Origin: a bacterium
GTDB lineage: Bacteria; Patescibacteriota; CPR2; UBA1875; JAJYID01
Assembly (NCBI GenBank): GCA_030647205.1
Contig: JAUSJO010000003.1
Coordinates: forward strand, 10,602-74,601
DNA length: 64,000 nucleotides
Direction: 5' to 3'
The number at the start of each line of letters is the position of its first letter. Positions within the stretch are counted from its first letter, which is position 1. Position numbers and translations under genes: made by a program. This document shows positions 49,397 through 59,334 of the stretch, piece by piece. The notes beneath the pieces were generated by a model. That model worked only from the letters and a program-made list of their open reading frames with translations, was not told the DNA's origin and searched no databases.

Positions 49397-50219
49397 TTAT
49401 TTTGTACCATCTGATTTTAAATATTTCCCCAAAAGTTTTAAAGCCATCCATAAGGGTAAGGTTTGAGTCTTCAGCATCATCAATCCATGTTACTGGTACC
49501 TCAATGATTTTAAAGTCATATTTTTTTGCGATGACAAGGATTTCTGTATCAAATCCAAAACCAGGTAACGTTTGGAGTGAAAAAAGCTTTTCAGCAGTTT
49601 CTTTTGTATAAGCTTTAAACCCGCACCTGGTGTCGGCGAAGCCCTGCCCCAAAAGTACGACAAACGCCAGGTTGCCTCCACGGGAGATTAGCTGCCGTAG
49701 GCGGCCTTGTTTTTTGACAGTAGTATTGCTTTTTGAGTGACCGTAAATGATTACTTCGAATACTTCTTTTACTGCTCTTCCAAAAGCTCTAAATGTACTA
49801 TTTGTTGCGGGTAAGGGCTTTGAAGTATATCTAGACCCCATCACTACATCATATCCTTCTTTAAAATAAGGAAGCAGCTTATCTATTTCCTTAAACGGAG
49901 TTGATGAGTCAGCATCCATAAACATTCTGATTTCCCCTTTTGCTCTTGCCATACCGGCTTTCACAGCGGCGCCTTTTCCTGTAAAATGCGGGCTTATCTC
50001 TAGATCTTGTTCGTGTAAAACCTGAAGATGATTGATCTTGTCCTTAAAACTTTCAGCTACCTCTGCACTGTGGTCGCTGCTATCTCCGTCTACAAAAACA
50101 ACCTCTGTTTTAAAATCAAACTTCTTAGAATACTCTGCTATATCGGTCATTGTTTTTTTAACCATTTCCGCCTGGTTCTTACATGGGATAATAACTGATA
50201 AATAAATGTTTTCTGCCAC
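49371..50219 (-). CDS. GT2 polyprenyl-phosphate glycosyltransferase
   Basis: SVIIP, GKGAAV..G, FMDAD, VMGSR, DTRCGFK, FGFDTE. Confidence 0.9.
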   Translation of the reverse strand: MAENIYLSVIIPCKNQAEMVKKTMTDIAEYSKKFDFKTEVVFVDGDSSDHSAEVAESFKDKINHLQVLHEQDLEISPHFTGKGAAVKAGMARAKGEIRMFMDADSSTPFKEIDKLLPYFKEGYDVVMGSRYTSKPLPATNSTFRAFGRAVKEVFEVIIYGHSKSNTTVKKQGRLRQLISRGGNLAFVVLLGQGFADTRCGFKAYTKETAEKLFSLQTLPGFGFDTEILVIAKKYDFKIIEVPVTWIDDAEDSNLTLMDGFKTFGEIFKIRWYKISGKYSNKK

Positions 50220-50221
50220 TT

Positions 50222-51730
50222 TTATTCTCCTTTTAATAAAATGATATCTTGTCCTTTAGACTCTTTAAAGCTTATGTCCTTTAACTCAGATTTTACCTTA
50301 AAAGATTCTCCGGGGGAAGTAATAATGTTTGGTTTTTCATCTTTTTGTATAGATTTTAGATCAGAAAGCAAAAAGATACTATCTTTGTTCTTTATTCTCA
50401 TGACAGAGGCAAGTACGTCCTTATTATACTTAGAATTATATAGATAGACTTTATTCTTTGTTATCTCATCTGAGGTTGGGCTGGTATTATATGTAAATTT
50501 TCTTTCCGGATATTTTGTCCAGGCGAGAAATACTTTTTGAAAGTTATAGCTCAAAGAAAGAGAGAAAAGGAATCCAATCCCCAGAACCATGATAATACGC
50601 GCAAATTTATTAAACGGGAAAGTCTTGAACCATTTGTCGATAACGTATAGCTGTATTCTAGCAGACATTATAAAAATGATGGGTGCTATGTAGATGAAGC
50701 TTCCCAAAGTGAATACACTTTTAAAAATAATAATTAGCGTTAGAATACCAAACCATGTGACAAGAAAGTAAAACTTACGGCGTTTTATCCTCATTACAAT
50801 GTATATAAGGCCAAGGAGAAAAGTTACCAAAATAAACGGATCAAACACTCTGTCCGTCCCGATATTAAACATATACTCTTGCGGAGCAGCATAAACAATC
50901 GAGGATACAAGGTTTCTCGCGTTATCAAGCAGTACATCCGGTTTATAGGTAAAGTTAGATAAAAATTCTTTGGGGCTTGTTACAACTGAGTAGAAAAATG
51001 GCAAAGAAACTATACCCGCAGAGACTATAAAGACAGCCTTCTCTTTAATAAATGAGGTAAAGAAACTTCTGTTTTTTGAATAAAAATAGAACCCAGAAAC
51101 TATAAAGACCAACACCAAAACAAAAGTTATTTCACTTGAGTAAAAACCTAAGCCCAAAAACACTCCGGATAGAAGGAAATATTGCCACATTCTGTACCTG
51201 TAAGCTAGGGTTAGGAAATGTAAAGCAGAGAAAATAATAACAGGGTATAAAACCTCGTGTGAAACACTCCGTGAAAGTAAAATATGAAAACTTGAGATAG
51301 AAAACAAAAAAGTTGCAATATATGCAAGCTTTCTGTTAAACCACTCCTCTGTGAATTTGAAAAATATAAAAATTCCAAGAAGAGATAAAAGGACTGAAAG
51401 CATTCTCATATTTAGTATTGAATAACCAAACATCTTCCCCCAAAAGTTTTGGAGGAGGTAGTAAAGATTAGTACATGCATTACCCCCGATAAAGCTCATC
51501 GGACTGTCCATAGAAAGTATTCTTTTTATATTATCCAGTTCTTGTCCGCTTACACCCAAATCGCCGACTCTGTACATGCGGGCGAGGAATGCAAAAAGCA
51601 AAATAACCCAAAGATATGACCCTTTTAGGAACATATCTTTTATAGTGACCAACAAAGACCAAAAAGACTTTGCTGAAATTTCAGGGAGTTTTGGTTTTGT
51701 AATATTTAGTTTAAGAGAAGGTTTTTTCAT
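50222..51730 (-). CDS. Divergent GT-C-like membrane protein
   Basis: Topology and FHILLSR motif like its neighbours; the usual DE motif appears as QE. Confidence 0.75.
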   Translation of the reverse strand: MKKPSLKLNITKPKLPEISAKSFWSLLVTIKDMFLKGSYLWVILLFAFLARMYRVGDLGVSGQELDNIKRILSMDSPMSFIGGNACTNLYYLLQNFWGKMFGYSILNMRMLSVLLSLLGIFIFFKFTEEWFNRKLAYIATFLFSISSFHILLSRSVSHEVLYPVIIFSALHFLTLAYRYRMWQYFLLSGVFLGLGFYSSEITFVLVLVFIVSGFYFYSKNRSFFTSFIKEKAVFIVSAGIVSLPFFYSVVTSPKEFLSNFTYKPDVLLDNARNLVSSIVYAAPQEYMFNIGTDRVFDPFILVTFLLGLIYIVMRIKRRKFYFLVTWFGILTLIIIFKSVFTLGSFIYIAPIIFIMSARIQLYVIDKWFKTFPFNKFARIIMVLGIGFLFSLSLSYNFQKVFLAWTKYPERKFTYNTSPTSDEITKNKVYLYNSKYNKDVLASVMRIKNKDSIFLLSDLKSIQKDEKPNIITSPGESFKVKSELKDISFKESKGQDIILLKGE

Positions 51731-52380
51731 TTTTTCTTTGGTTTCACAAAGACAACCAGTTTATATCCAAGGAAGTTCCAAACCATAGTCAATGCGATGG
51801 CGGCGAAGCCTGCTATGTTAGCCATGATTATAGAGTTAACCCCTGAACGTTTTGCCAAAGTGAGGATCAGACTTGCAACAGAAATGTTAACGATGAATCC
51901 TCCAGCGCTGACTGCCATAAACTTAGCAAACTCCCTTTCCCCTGACTTATTCTTTGCTTTTGATTCAAAAACCCAGTGTTTATTCCAGAAATAAGAGTTA
52001 ATGACTGCCGTAATAAAAGAAATACCCTTAAAACCGATAGAAACAATGAATCCAGTACTTGTACCTGTAGCAAAGATTAAAAGATTAAATATACCCATGT
52101 CAACAAAGGTATTTAGCCCCCCAGTTTCTCCAAATTTGATGATTTGGTAAACGCTCATTGACTTCTTCCCGATGAGCCTAGCTATAAATATCCCAACTGG
52201 ACAGGCAATAAAAATGAAGATCATTATCAGTATTGTTACAAAAGATGGACTTAAATCTAGATGAAGGAAGTTTATAATTTTTTGAGATAGACCGATGTTA
52301 TCGATCATTGTTTTAGATAGCACTGCGGCTAAAGCTCCGAGAAGAAGAGAGGCTTTATAATCTTTTTTTGAATCACCCAT
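51727..52380 (-). CDS. GtrA-family protein
   Basis: KF..TG..NTFVD, NSYFWNKHWVF, WNFLGYKLVVF. Confidence 0.88.
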   Translation of the reverse strand: MGDSKKDYKASLLLGALAAVLSKTMIDNIGLSQKIINFLHLDLSPSFVTILIMIFIFIACPVGIFIARLIGKKSMSVYQIIKFGETGGLNTFVDMGIFNLLIFATGTSTGFIVSIGFKGISFITAVINSYFWNKHWVFESKAKNKSGEREFAKFMAVSAGGFIVNISVASLILTLAKRSGVNSIIMANIAGFAAIALTMVWNFLGYKLVVFVKPKKK

Positions 52381-52499
52381 TTTGTTTTTCCTTTGATAAC
52401 GTTCGACTGAGTTGTCGAGGCTATATTTATAAATAATAATTACATATAAATTCTACCAAAAAGCTTACGTGTAAACAATGAAATTTTCTATAATAGTAA

Positions 52500-52523
52500 G
52501 GGCCCGCGGTTTCCCGCGGGCCC
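52500..52523 (-). terminator. GC-rich hairpin, cassette end 1
   Basis: GGGCCCGCGG/CCGCGGGCCC; homologous to 53520-53543. Confidence 0.7.
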
Positions 52524-52541
52524 AGTCTCAAATATTCTTTC

Positions 52542-53342
52542 CTATGCTTTGTTAAGTTCAGAGATGAAGTCCCTGATGATCTCGCCTACTTTGTCGGAGC
52601 TGTCTTTCCCCGGAATGACCTTGATAATGTATTCACCCTCAGTATTAGTTGCCGTTAAACTGAGGCTATCCGTGTGTATTTCCGCGCTGTAGAGAGCGAC
52701 CGGTGGTTCTTTTGGAGCCGCCGATGCCCTAAAGAGCTTCTTTGTTTCCTTGTCGTAAAAAGCAATGATATCCTCAATTTCGGTGCTCAGGGTTTCTCCC
52801 GGCGCTAAAATTACGTCCATGCCTTTCTGAGTAAATGGTTTTGACAGATAGCCATTTACCGAAAAAGCCTGGCTTATTGCTGATGCAATTTGCTGTTTTT
52901 TTAGCTTGAATCTCTTGCTGGTCAAGAGTTCAAACACTTGATCCTGATAGAGCCAAAAACCCTCCCCACGATCCATAATCTGGACTAGTCCGGCAATTTT
53001 ACCCTGTATACTTAAGTCTTTAAGCTGGCTGAGTATATTTTCCGGAAGCAGATCACTTATTTTGAAGTCGCGGTTTAGCACTTTCTTGACAGAAGAGAAC
53101 TGTGGGATTTTAATACCCGATATTATTGCTTCATCGCCCTCCCCGCCTTTAAGTACTAGCCCCTTGACATCGTTGAGATCGTTCTCAGCGTCACCCCATG
53201 TCATATTGTATGGTTCCTGCATAAGCATATTCCTGATTTGACCGATAGTGATGTCCTCGCCATCTGCCTTTGAGAGGTACGCCCTAATTATCAAGGCTCC
53301 TGCGTTTGCTTCTATCCTTTTAATCTGTTTCTTGGCATTCAT
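52542..53342 (-). CDS. Orphan protein, possible tandem winged-helix-like repeats
   Basis: SD AGGAGGT; promoter TTGACG-17-TATAAT (53411-53439); boxA-like GTACTCTTTAAAT. Confidence 0.75.
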   Translation of the reverse strand: MNAKKQIKRIEANAGALIIRAYLSKADGEDITIGQIRNMLMQEPYNMTWGDAENDLNDVKGLVLKGGEGDEAIISGIKIPQFSSVKKVLNRDFKISDLLPENILSQLKDLSIQGKIAGLVQIMDRGEGFWLYQDQVFELLTSKRFKLKKQQIASAISQAFSVNGYLSKPFTQKGMDVILAPGETLSTEIEDIIAFYDKETKKLFRASAAPKEPPVALYSAEIHTDSLSLTATNTEGEYIIKVIPGKDSSDKVGEIIRDFISELNKA

Positions 53343-53512
53343 TATTAAGACCTCCTGGTCTATGTAGGAAAAATATTTGAGATTTAAAGAGTACTCCCCC
53401 GCGAACGTAGATTATATACAATATTTTATCGTTCGTCAAGGGTGAAATCTCTATTTTGTGGCAGAGCTTTTACTCAAAAGGCGTATGAGTAAACAATAAA
53501 ATTTTTCCTTAA

Positions 53513-53543
53513 AAAAAGAGGACCCGCGATCTTCCGCGGGTCC
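53513..53543 (-). terminator. Intrinsic terminator, cassette end 2
   Basis: GGACCCGCG/CGCGGGTCC then T-run. Confidence 0.75.
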
Positions 53544-53574
53544 ACATTTTATATTCTTCACTCCTGGAACGTCT

Positions 53575-54183
53575 TTACTCGGCTGCCTCTCTCTTGATAG
53601 TATATCCGGGGATTTCTGTAGGCTCTACCGTAGTGATATCGTTAGCTTTCCATGTAACACGACCAAAATCACAAGTGATCAACCCTTCTTTCTTCGCTTT
53701 CACAAACAGTTCATCAATTTCTAGGCTTCTAAGCCCCTTATTTTTGAGAGAGCGCCGGCAATACATATACTGCATTGTATTGTTCCTCTGGACTGTAAGT
53801 ATCTGCTCCAGGACTTCCATACCATCCGGGACAGGTACTTCTCCCTCAAATAAAGGCCGAGTCACACTTACTCTACGTGAAGCGGTAACTGAATGCTTAA
53901 GCTTGTGTTCGTCATATCCATATTTCTGGATGATATCCTCGTTAAGGTTCCAGAATCTGTCAGAGAACGACACCTGGTGTGTCTTGACAGCAAGTATAAG
54001 TGCATGGACTGCCTCGGCTTCTTTAAGGCCATATTTTGACATCAACAAGTATTTGATTTTTTGGGTTAGAGCGTTGTTGACACCCAAATATCTCAAGGCA
54101 CTTATTGCTTTACCAACAAGCTCCTTCTCATAACTATCAACATAAATGACCCCTATCCCGCATACAGCATCAAAACCGGCCAT
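53575..54183 (-). CDS. Orphan protein, possible remote paralog of 52542-53342
   Basis: Promoter TTGAAT-17-TATTAT (54263-54291), hairpin plus boxA-like CGTTCCTTTATAA. Confidence 0.75.
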   Translation of the reverse strand: MAGFDAVCGIGVIYVDSYEKELVGKAISALRYLGVNNALTQKIKYLLMSKYGLKEAEAVHALILAVKTHQVSFSDRFWNLNEDIIQKYGYDEHKLKHSVTASRRVSVTRPLFEGEVPVPDGMEVLEQILTVQRNNTMQYMYCRRSLKNKGLRSLEIDELFVKAKKEGLITCDFGRVTWKANDITTVEPTEIPGYTIKREAAE

Positions 54184-54339
54184 ACTATCACATTCCCTTC
54201 ATCTTAGTAGGTTTGAAGAATAATCAAATTTTTATAAAGGAACGCCTCAAAAATCAGAGGTAATAATACCACGTATTAGTTAATTATTCAACAAAATTAT
54301 AAAACGGTAAAGGTCTGAGGCAACTTGCCAGTAGGATTC

Positions 54340-55683
54340 CTATTTTGCTGTTGAGTGCTTTTTGTCCAAACTTCGAAAGGCTGTTTGTTCTTGTTTAAAT
54401 AAGAGTTCAATACTGCCGGTTGGTCCGTTTCTGTGCTTTCGAACGATAATCTCAGCAATACCCTTCTTTTCTGTTTCGGGGTTATACAGATCATCACGAT
54501 AGATAAATAGAACGACATCAGCGTCTTGCTCGATAGAGCCTGACTCTCTAAGATCGGATAGCATCGGGCGTTTGTCCGGTCTTGACTCTAGATTCCTTGA
54601 AAGCTGTGAAAGGGCAATTATCGGTACATTCAACTCTCTCGCCAGACCTTTTAGCGATCTCGATATTTCTGAAATTTCCTGCACCCTGTTTTCCGAGTTC
54701 CTGCCTTGCATCAGCTGGAGATAGTCTACTATTATAAGTCCTAGTCCCTTTTCTGATTGCAGTCTGCGAGCCTTTGTCCTCATTTCCAGAACATTTATTA
54801 GTGGCGAATCATCGATGAAAAATGGCGCTTCAGACAGTGTTGCCATCGCTTTCCCTATTTTCGGAAAGTCGCTATCATCCAGATTTCCCGTCCTAAGCTT
54901 CCAACTGTCAATTTTCGCCTCAGATGCCAAAAGTCTATCTACGAGCTGTTCCTTGCTCATTTCAAGAGAAAATAGTGCTACAGATATCCCCTCACCGCCC
55001 GCTACGTGTTCGGCAATGTTTAGGGCTAATGATGTTTTACCGACAGACGGCCTTGCCGCGATAACTATTAAGTCACTCGGCTGAAGTCCGGCCAAAATAT
55101 TGTCAAGTTCAGGAAACCCTGTCGGCACTCCGCGAAGCTTTTCTTTATCTTTATGAAGATCATCAATTCTTTCAAATGAATCTTCTAAAATACTTTTTAT
55201 TGGGATGAACTTACCTTTTAGGTGTTTTTCGGCAACTTTAAATATTTTCTGTTCTGCTTCATCTAAAACTCTGGAAGTATCATCTTTTTCGTTATATGCC
55301 ATGGAGGCAATGTCGTTTGAGGATTCTATAAGCCTTCTGAGGAGCGCTTTATCAGCGATTATTTTTGCATAATGAACAATGTTTGCCGCAGACGGTACAG
55401 AGTTAACTAGAGTTGAGATATAACCTGCGCCACCAACACCTTCGAGGAGTTGCTTTTCCGTGAGCTTATTTGTGAGAGTAACAAGGTCTATCGGCTGATG
55501 ATGCTCAAAAAGTTCAATCATCATCCCATAAATACGGCGATGAGCTTCTGAATAAAAATCGTCTTCAGTTAAAATATCCGCAACCTTAATGATCGCATCT
55601 TTTTCCAAGAGGATAGATCCCAATACAGAAACCTCCGCTTCCTCATTGTGTGGCGGTATTCTGCCTTCCAATCCTTTTGACAT
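54340..55683 (-). CDS. dnaB: Replicative DNA helicase
   Basis: PPHN.EAE, ARPSVGKT, FSLEM, VDYLQLM, DLRESGSIEQDAD. Confidence 0.98.
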   Translation of the reverse strand: MSKGLEGRIPPHNEEAEVSVLGSILLEKDAIIKVADILTEDDFYSEAHRRIYGMMIELFEHHQPIDLVTLTNKLTEKQLLEGVGGAGYISTLVNSVPSAANIVHYAKIIADKALLRRLIESSNDIASMAYNEKDDTSRVLDEAEQKIFKVAEKHLKGKFIPIKSILEDSFERIDDLHKDKEKLRGVPTGFPELDNILAGLQPSDLIVIAARPSVGKTSLALNIAEHVAGGEGISVALFSLEMSKEQLVDRLLASEAKIDSWKLRTGNLDDSDFPKIGKAMATLSEAPFFIDDSPLINVLEMRTKARRLQSEKGLGLIIVDYLQLMQGRNSENRVQEISEISRSLKGLARELNVPIIALSQLSRNLESRPDKRPMLSDLRESGSIEQDADVVLFIYRDDLYNPETEKKGIAEIIVRKHRNGPTGSIELLFKQEQTAFRSLDKKHSTAK

Positions 55684-55711
55684 AACTGTCCTTTCTACCC
55701 TCGCCTCAAAA

Positions 55712-57238
55712 CTAACTTACAACTTCTCCACCCAAAACATCCAAAAACTCGTCAATCGTTGTTTCCTTCTCTTGCTTCTTTGGCTTTTCCGTTTCTTTGG
55801 TCTCTTCATCTTTCCTGCTTTTGACCTGCCCTATTTTGCAAATTACTCTATAACTATGCCCGCAAACCTTTGATAGGGCATCTTCAACTATTTTTCTGTT
55901 TTTTCTATCTTCTATCCGTTCTTTATGAAATTTATACGGGAAAACCAGATGGATTTCATCGCCAATGAGTGTCGGTTCTGACTCTCTGACAAATGCATGT
56001 ATTGAGTTATTCTTTGACTTGATCTCAAAAAGCACTTGGTTCCACTTTTCTAATGAATTATCTGAAGTGTTAACTTCCTTTTTCCCGGTTTCTTCAGTTT
56101 GAGTTTCGGATTTTTTCGTTTTATCCTTTTCTTCTAGCTCATCTATATTGATGCTTTTTTTGCTGGTTTTAATATCTTCACCCTGAGTTACTGTGACAGT
56201 AGGAATCGCTCCTTTTAGTCCCATTATCTTTAAAATAGCAACTTCCAGTGACAACTGAGGATATAGTGAAAATCTAAAGTTTCGATTGCACTCGCCCAAA
56301 GTCTCGACCGCATAAACATATTTCTTTGTTAAGCCATCATCACTCAAATCACTCTGGATTTTTCCTCTATACCCGCTCATAAGGCCTTTTGTTAGCTGAC
56401 CAATATCTGCACCTGCTTCAAGCAGCTCTTCTAAAAACTCTAATCCTTCTTTTTTCTGACCATTCTCTATCATTTCTAGTAGTTTTTCTATTTTGCTGAC
56501 GTCAACCATTCCCAGAAGTTCCGCGATATCCGTTTCTGTGATCTCTTTGCTTCCCGCATTCATAGATATCTGGTCAAGGAAAGACACGGCGTCCCTCAAA
56601 CCGCCTTCACTCGCTTTGGCAATAACGGTGACGGCTTTCTTATCTATCTTAATCCCCTCATCTTTTGCTATTTGTTCAATTCTTTTTACTAGCTCGGTCT
56701 CAGAAATTCTTTTGAAGTCGAATCTCTGGCATCTGGAAATAACTGTTGCAGGTATTTTGTGAATTTCAGTTGTCGCCATTATAAATAGTGCATGTTCCGG
56801 TGGTTCCTCTAGTGTCTTTAGGAGCGCATTGAAGGCTTCTTTGGTAAGCATGTGGACTTCATCTATAATAAACACCTTATACTTGAGCTCGCTTGGCGTA
56901 AACTTTACCTTTTCTCTTAAATCGCGTATTTCATCAATCCCGCGGTTTGATGCAGCATCTATCTCAATAATGTCCAGCGCAGTTTGGGTGTTGATAGAGA
57001 CACAAGAAGCGCATTTGTTGCAAGGATTGCCATCTTTGGAGTCCTTGCAGTTCACCGCTTTTGCCATGATACGCGCTACAGAAGTCTTGCCGATACCTCG
57101 AGGGCCGCAAAATATGTAGGCATGAGAAAAATTTGAGGTCTTTACAGCATTTTGTAAAACCCTCATTATGTGTTCCTGACCGCTAATCTCACTGAAACTA
57201 TCCGGCCTATATTTTCTATATAACGCTATCCTCGCCAT
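55712..57238 (-). CDS. dnaX: DNA polymerase III gamma/tau
   Basis: LYRKYRP, GPRGIGKTS, EIDAAS, DEVHML, SRCQRF. Confidence 0.97.
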   Translation of the reverse strand: MARIALYRKYRPDSFSEISGQEHIMRVLQNAVKTSNFSHAYIFCGPRGIGKTSVARIMAKAVNCKDSKDGNPCNKCASCVSINTQTALDIIEIDAASNRGIDEIRDLREKVKFTPSELKYKVFIIDEVHMLTKEAFNALLKTLEEPPEHALFIMATTEIHKIPATVISRCQRFDFKRISETELVKRIEQIAKDEGIKIDKKAVTVIAKASEGGLRDAVSFLDQISMNAGSKEITETDIAELLGMVDVSKIEKLLEMIENGQKKEGLEFLEELLEAGADIGQLTKGLMSGYRGKIQSDLSDDGLTKKYVYAVETLGECNRNFRFSLYPQLSLEVAILKIMGLKGAIPTVTVTQGEDIKTSKKSINIDELEEKDKTKKSETQTEETGKKEVNTSDNSLEKWNQVLFEIKSKNNSIHAFVRESEPTLIGDEIHLVFPYKFHKERIEDRKNRKIVEDALSKVCGHSYRVICKIGQVKSRKDEETKETEKPKKQEKETTIDEFLDVLGGEVVS

Positions 57239-57391
57239 CTTTGTATCCTTTCGTAATAAGAATTATAAACCTTATTTCAAGTGAGAGTAACCCCATTTTG
57301 TGTGGCTTGACTGTTTATAACCCACTTTTTATTGTGGACAAGGAAACTTTGTATACTTGTATCTCTTTATATCTAATTTAAAATTGAATTT

Positions 57392-58168
57392 ATGAAACCA
57401 AAAATTATCAAGACTCAAGCTAAGGAAATATTTACCAAGACAAAATTACCCGGTGCTGACTGGGTGATAAATCAGTATGTCGGCTGTGGGCATAACTGCA
57501 GCTACTGTTATGCCAGATTCATTGGTAGATGGAAAGGATATGGTGAGTGGGGCTCTTGGATCGAAGCGAAAATAAATGCTCCGGAACTTGTTAAAGGCAA
57601 GCTCGTAAAAGGTAGGGTATTCATGAGTTCCGTAAGCGATGCCTACCAGCCGATAGAAAAAGAACTAGGTTTAACACGAAAAGTGCTGGAGAATATGGAT
57701 AAAAATACCGACCTGTCCATACTTACAAAGTCGGATCTGGTTTTGAGAGATATAGATATCCTTAAACAATTCAAATCAGTTGATGTTGGTTTTACAATAA
57801 ATTCATTTTCCGGGAAAGAAAAAGAAATATTTGAGCCGGATTCGCCGACTAGCGAAGAAAGAATTAAGGCGATGAAGATGCTAAAAGAAAGTGGCATCAA
57901 AACCTATGCCTTTGTCAGTCCTACAATCCCCGGTTTAATTGATTTGAATAAGGTGATTGACCAAACAAAAGATTATGCAGACTATTACTGGTTTGAGGTT
58001 TTGAACCTAAGGGGTGCCGGAAAGGAATTCTCAGATATTTTAGAGAAAGAATATCCTGAAAGCTATAAAATAATGGGCGATAGAGACTTGTTCACTGAAT
58101 TTTTAAGTGATCTAAAAAGCGTTATCCAAAAATATGGCGTCAAAACGAAAGGTATTGAAATCCACTAA
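57392..58168 (+). CDS. Radical SAM protein (spore photoproduct lyase-like)
   Basis: NQYVGCGHNCSYCYA, SSVSDAYQP.E, TKS.LV.RD. Confidence 0.88.
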   Translation: MKPKIIKTQAKEIFTKTKLPGADWVINQYVGCGHNCSYCYARFIGRWKGYGEWGSWIEAKINAPELVKGKLVKGRVFMSSVSDAYQPIEKELGLTRKVLENMDKNTDLSILTKSDLVLRDIDILKQFKSVDVGFTINSFSGKEKEIFEPDSPTSEERIKAMKMLKESGIKTYAFVSPTIPGLIDLNKVIDQTKDYADYYWFEVLNLRGAGKEFSDILEKEYPESYKIMGDRDLFTEFLSDLKSVIQKYGVKTKGIEIH

Positions 58169-58174
58169 ACCTTT

Positions 58175-59248
58175 TTATATCTCGAGTTCTTTGATCTCAC
58201 CGCCCTCATCTTTTGCTGTCGGAGACTCTTCACCCAAAGAGTTCTTCTCTCCACTCCCGGCACTTACGGGTTCATCGACAATGGGGCTTGACTGATTTTT
58301 TATATCTGGATGTTCGTCGGTTGGTCCTGCCTTTGGCTGCCCTTCGGTAGCTGCACTTGCCTGAGATGCTTCCTTGATGGTCATGTCTTCAGTGATTTTA
58401 GTTTCTTTATCGTCTGGTTCAGTCTCAGTTATGGTAGGTCTTGTTGGAGTAACCTTTGGTTTTTCTTCTTTTGGAACTTCTTTGGCCGCTTCCTTAATAG
58501 TGCCATCATCATTTCTCTCCGAGAATTGCTCCCTGACCTCTTCTAGGATTTCTTTATTTTCTTCCGGAAGGACAACTTTTTCATCCTCTGTAGTCACTTC
58601 ATCCTTTTTGGGAGAATCTTGAGGAACATCTACTTCCTCTTTGGGCTTTTCTTCTTTTGGCTCTACTGGAGCTGAACTTTGGGGTTTTTCTTCTCTAGGT
58701 TCATCTTTTTCACTTCCATCGTGATCATGGATTATGCTCTCAAGGGCTGCCCATGTACTCTCGGCTTCCGCAGGAACTATGACAGAAGCTTTGGACCCGG
58801 GCTCGCCTTTATAATATGTAACCGATGCGAAAAGCACTTTATAGTTCTTTCCGTCAGCTAAAACCGTATAGTTTCCGTTATCATAAGACAAGGTTCCGAT
58901 CAGATTTTTCCGCTCTATGGGATTTATTTGTTTATAGATAAGGCTGCCATCATCGGCGATAGTCAGCTTTAAGGTGTCTCCCTCAACAAGTTTCGATTTG
59001 GAGGCGTAGTTTGCGGGAACCGGGTACTTTTTGCCATCAGGTGCAACCATTTGTTCCCCATCAAAAACACCTTCTATCACTTTTCCTTCATCTAAAATAG
59101 ACAGATCCTTAGCTGACTCCTTATGGTCAACTTTACCTGTCTTTTTTTCTCCAAGTATATCTAAAAGTAAGTTACGCGCAGAGTGTAGATTTCCTTCTGC
59201 AACATCAAGTAGTTTTTGTATTTGTTTTATCTTTTTATCATCTTCCAT
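58175..59248 (-). CDS. Hypothetical protein with globular N-half and long acidic low-complexity tail
   Basis: VIEGVFDG..M...YPVPANYASKSKLVEGD.LKL; E/K/P/T-rich C-terminus. Confidence 0.85.
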   Translation of the reverse strand: MEDDKKIKQIQKLLDVAEGNLHSARNLLLDILGEKKTGKVDHKESAKDLSILDEGKVIEGVFDGEQMVAPDGKKYPVPANYASKSKLVEGDTLKLTIADDGSLIYKQINPIERKNLIGTLSYDNGNYTVLADGKNYKVLFASVTYYKGEPGSKASVIVPAEAESTWAALESIIHDHDGSEKDEPREEKPQSSAPVEPKEEKPKEEVDVPQDSPKKDEVTTEDEKVVLPEENKEILEEVREQFSERNDDGTIKEAAKEVPKEEKPKVTPTRPTITETEPDDKETKITEDMTIKEASQASAATEGQPKAGPTDEHPDIKNQSSPIVDEPVSAGSGEKNSLGEESPTAKDEGGEIKELEI

Positions 59249-59334
59249 TTTTGTTTTTAACCCTCATTAACTTTGATTTTTATTTTTACCATCTAATAAT
59301 ACAGCTCAAAAAGGCTGCTTGTCAATCTTAAAAA

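Noticed and set aside
54297-54518. 73-aa ORF overlapping the dnaB 3' end
   Set aside because: Alternate-frame overlap with a conserved gene, no SD, no frameshift signal seen
9363-57341. DnaA boxes at 9363-9371 (perfect) and ~57333-57341 (one mismatch)
   Set aside because: Isolated single boxes with no cluster or unwinding element; not evidence for oriC
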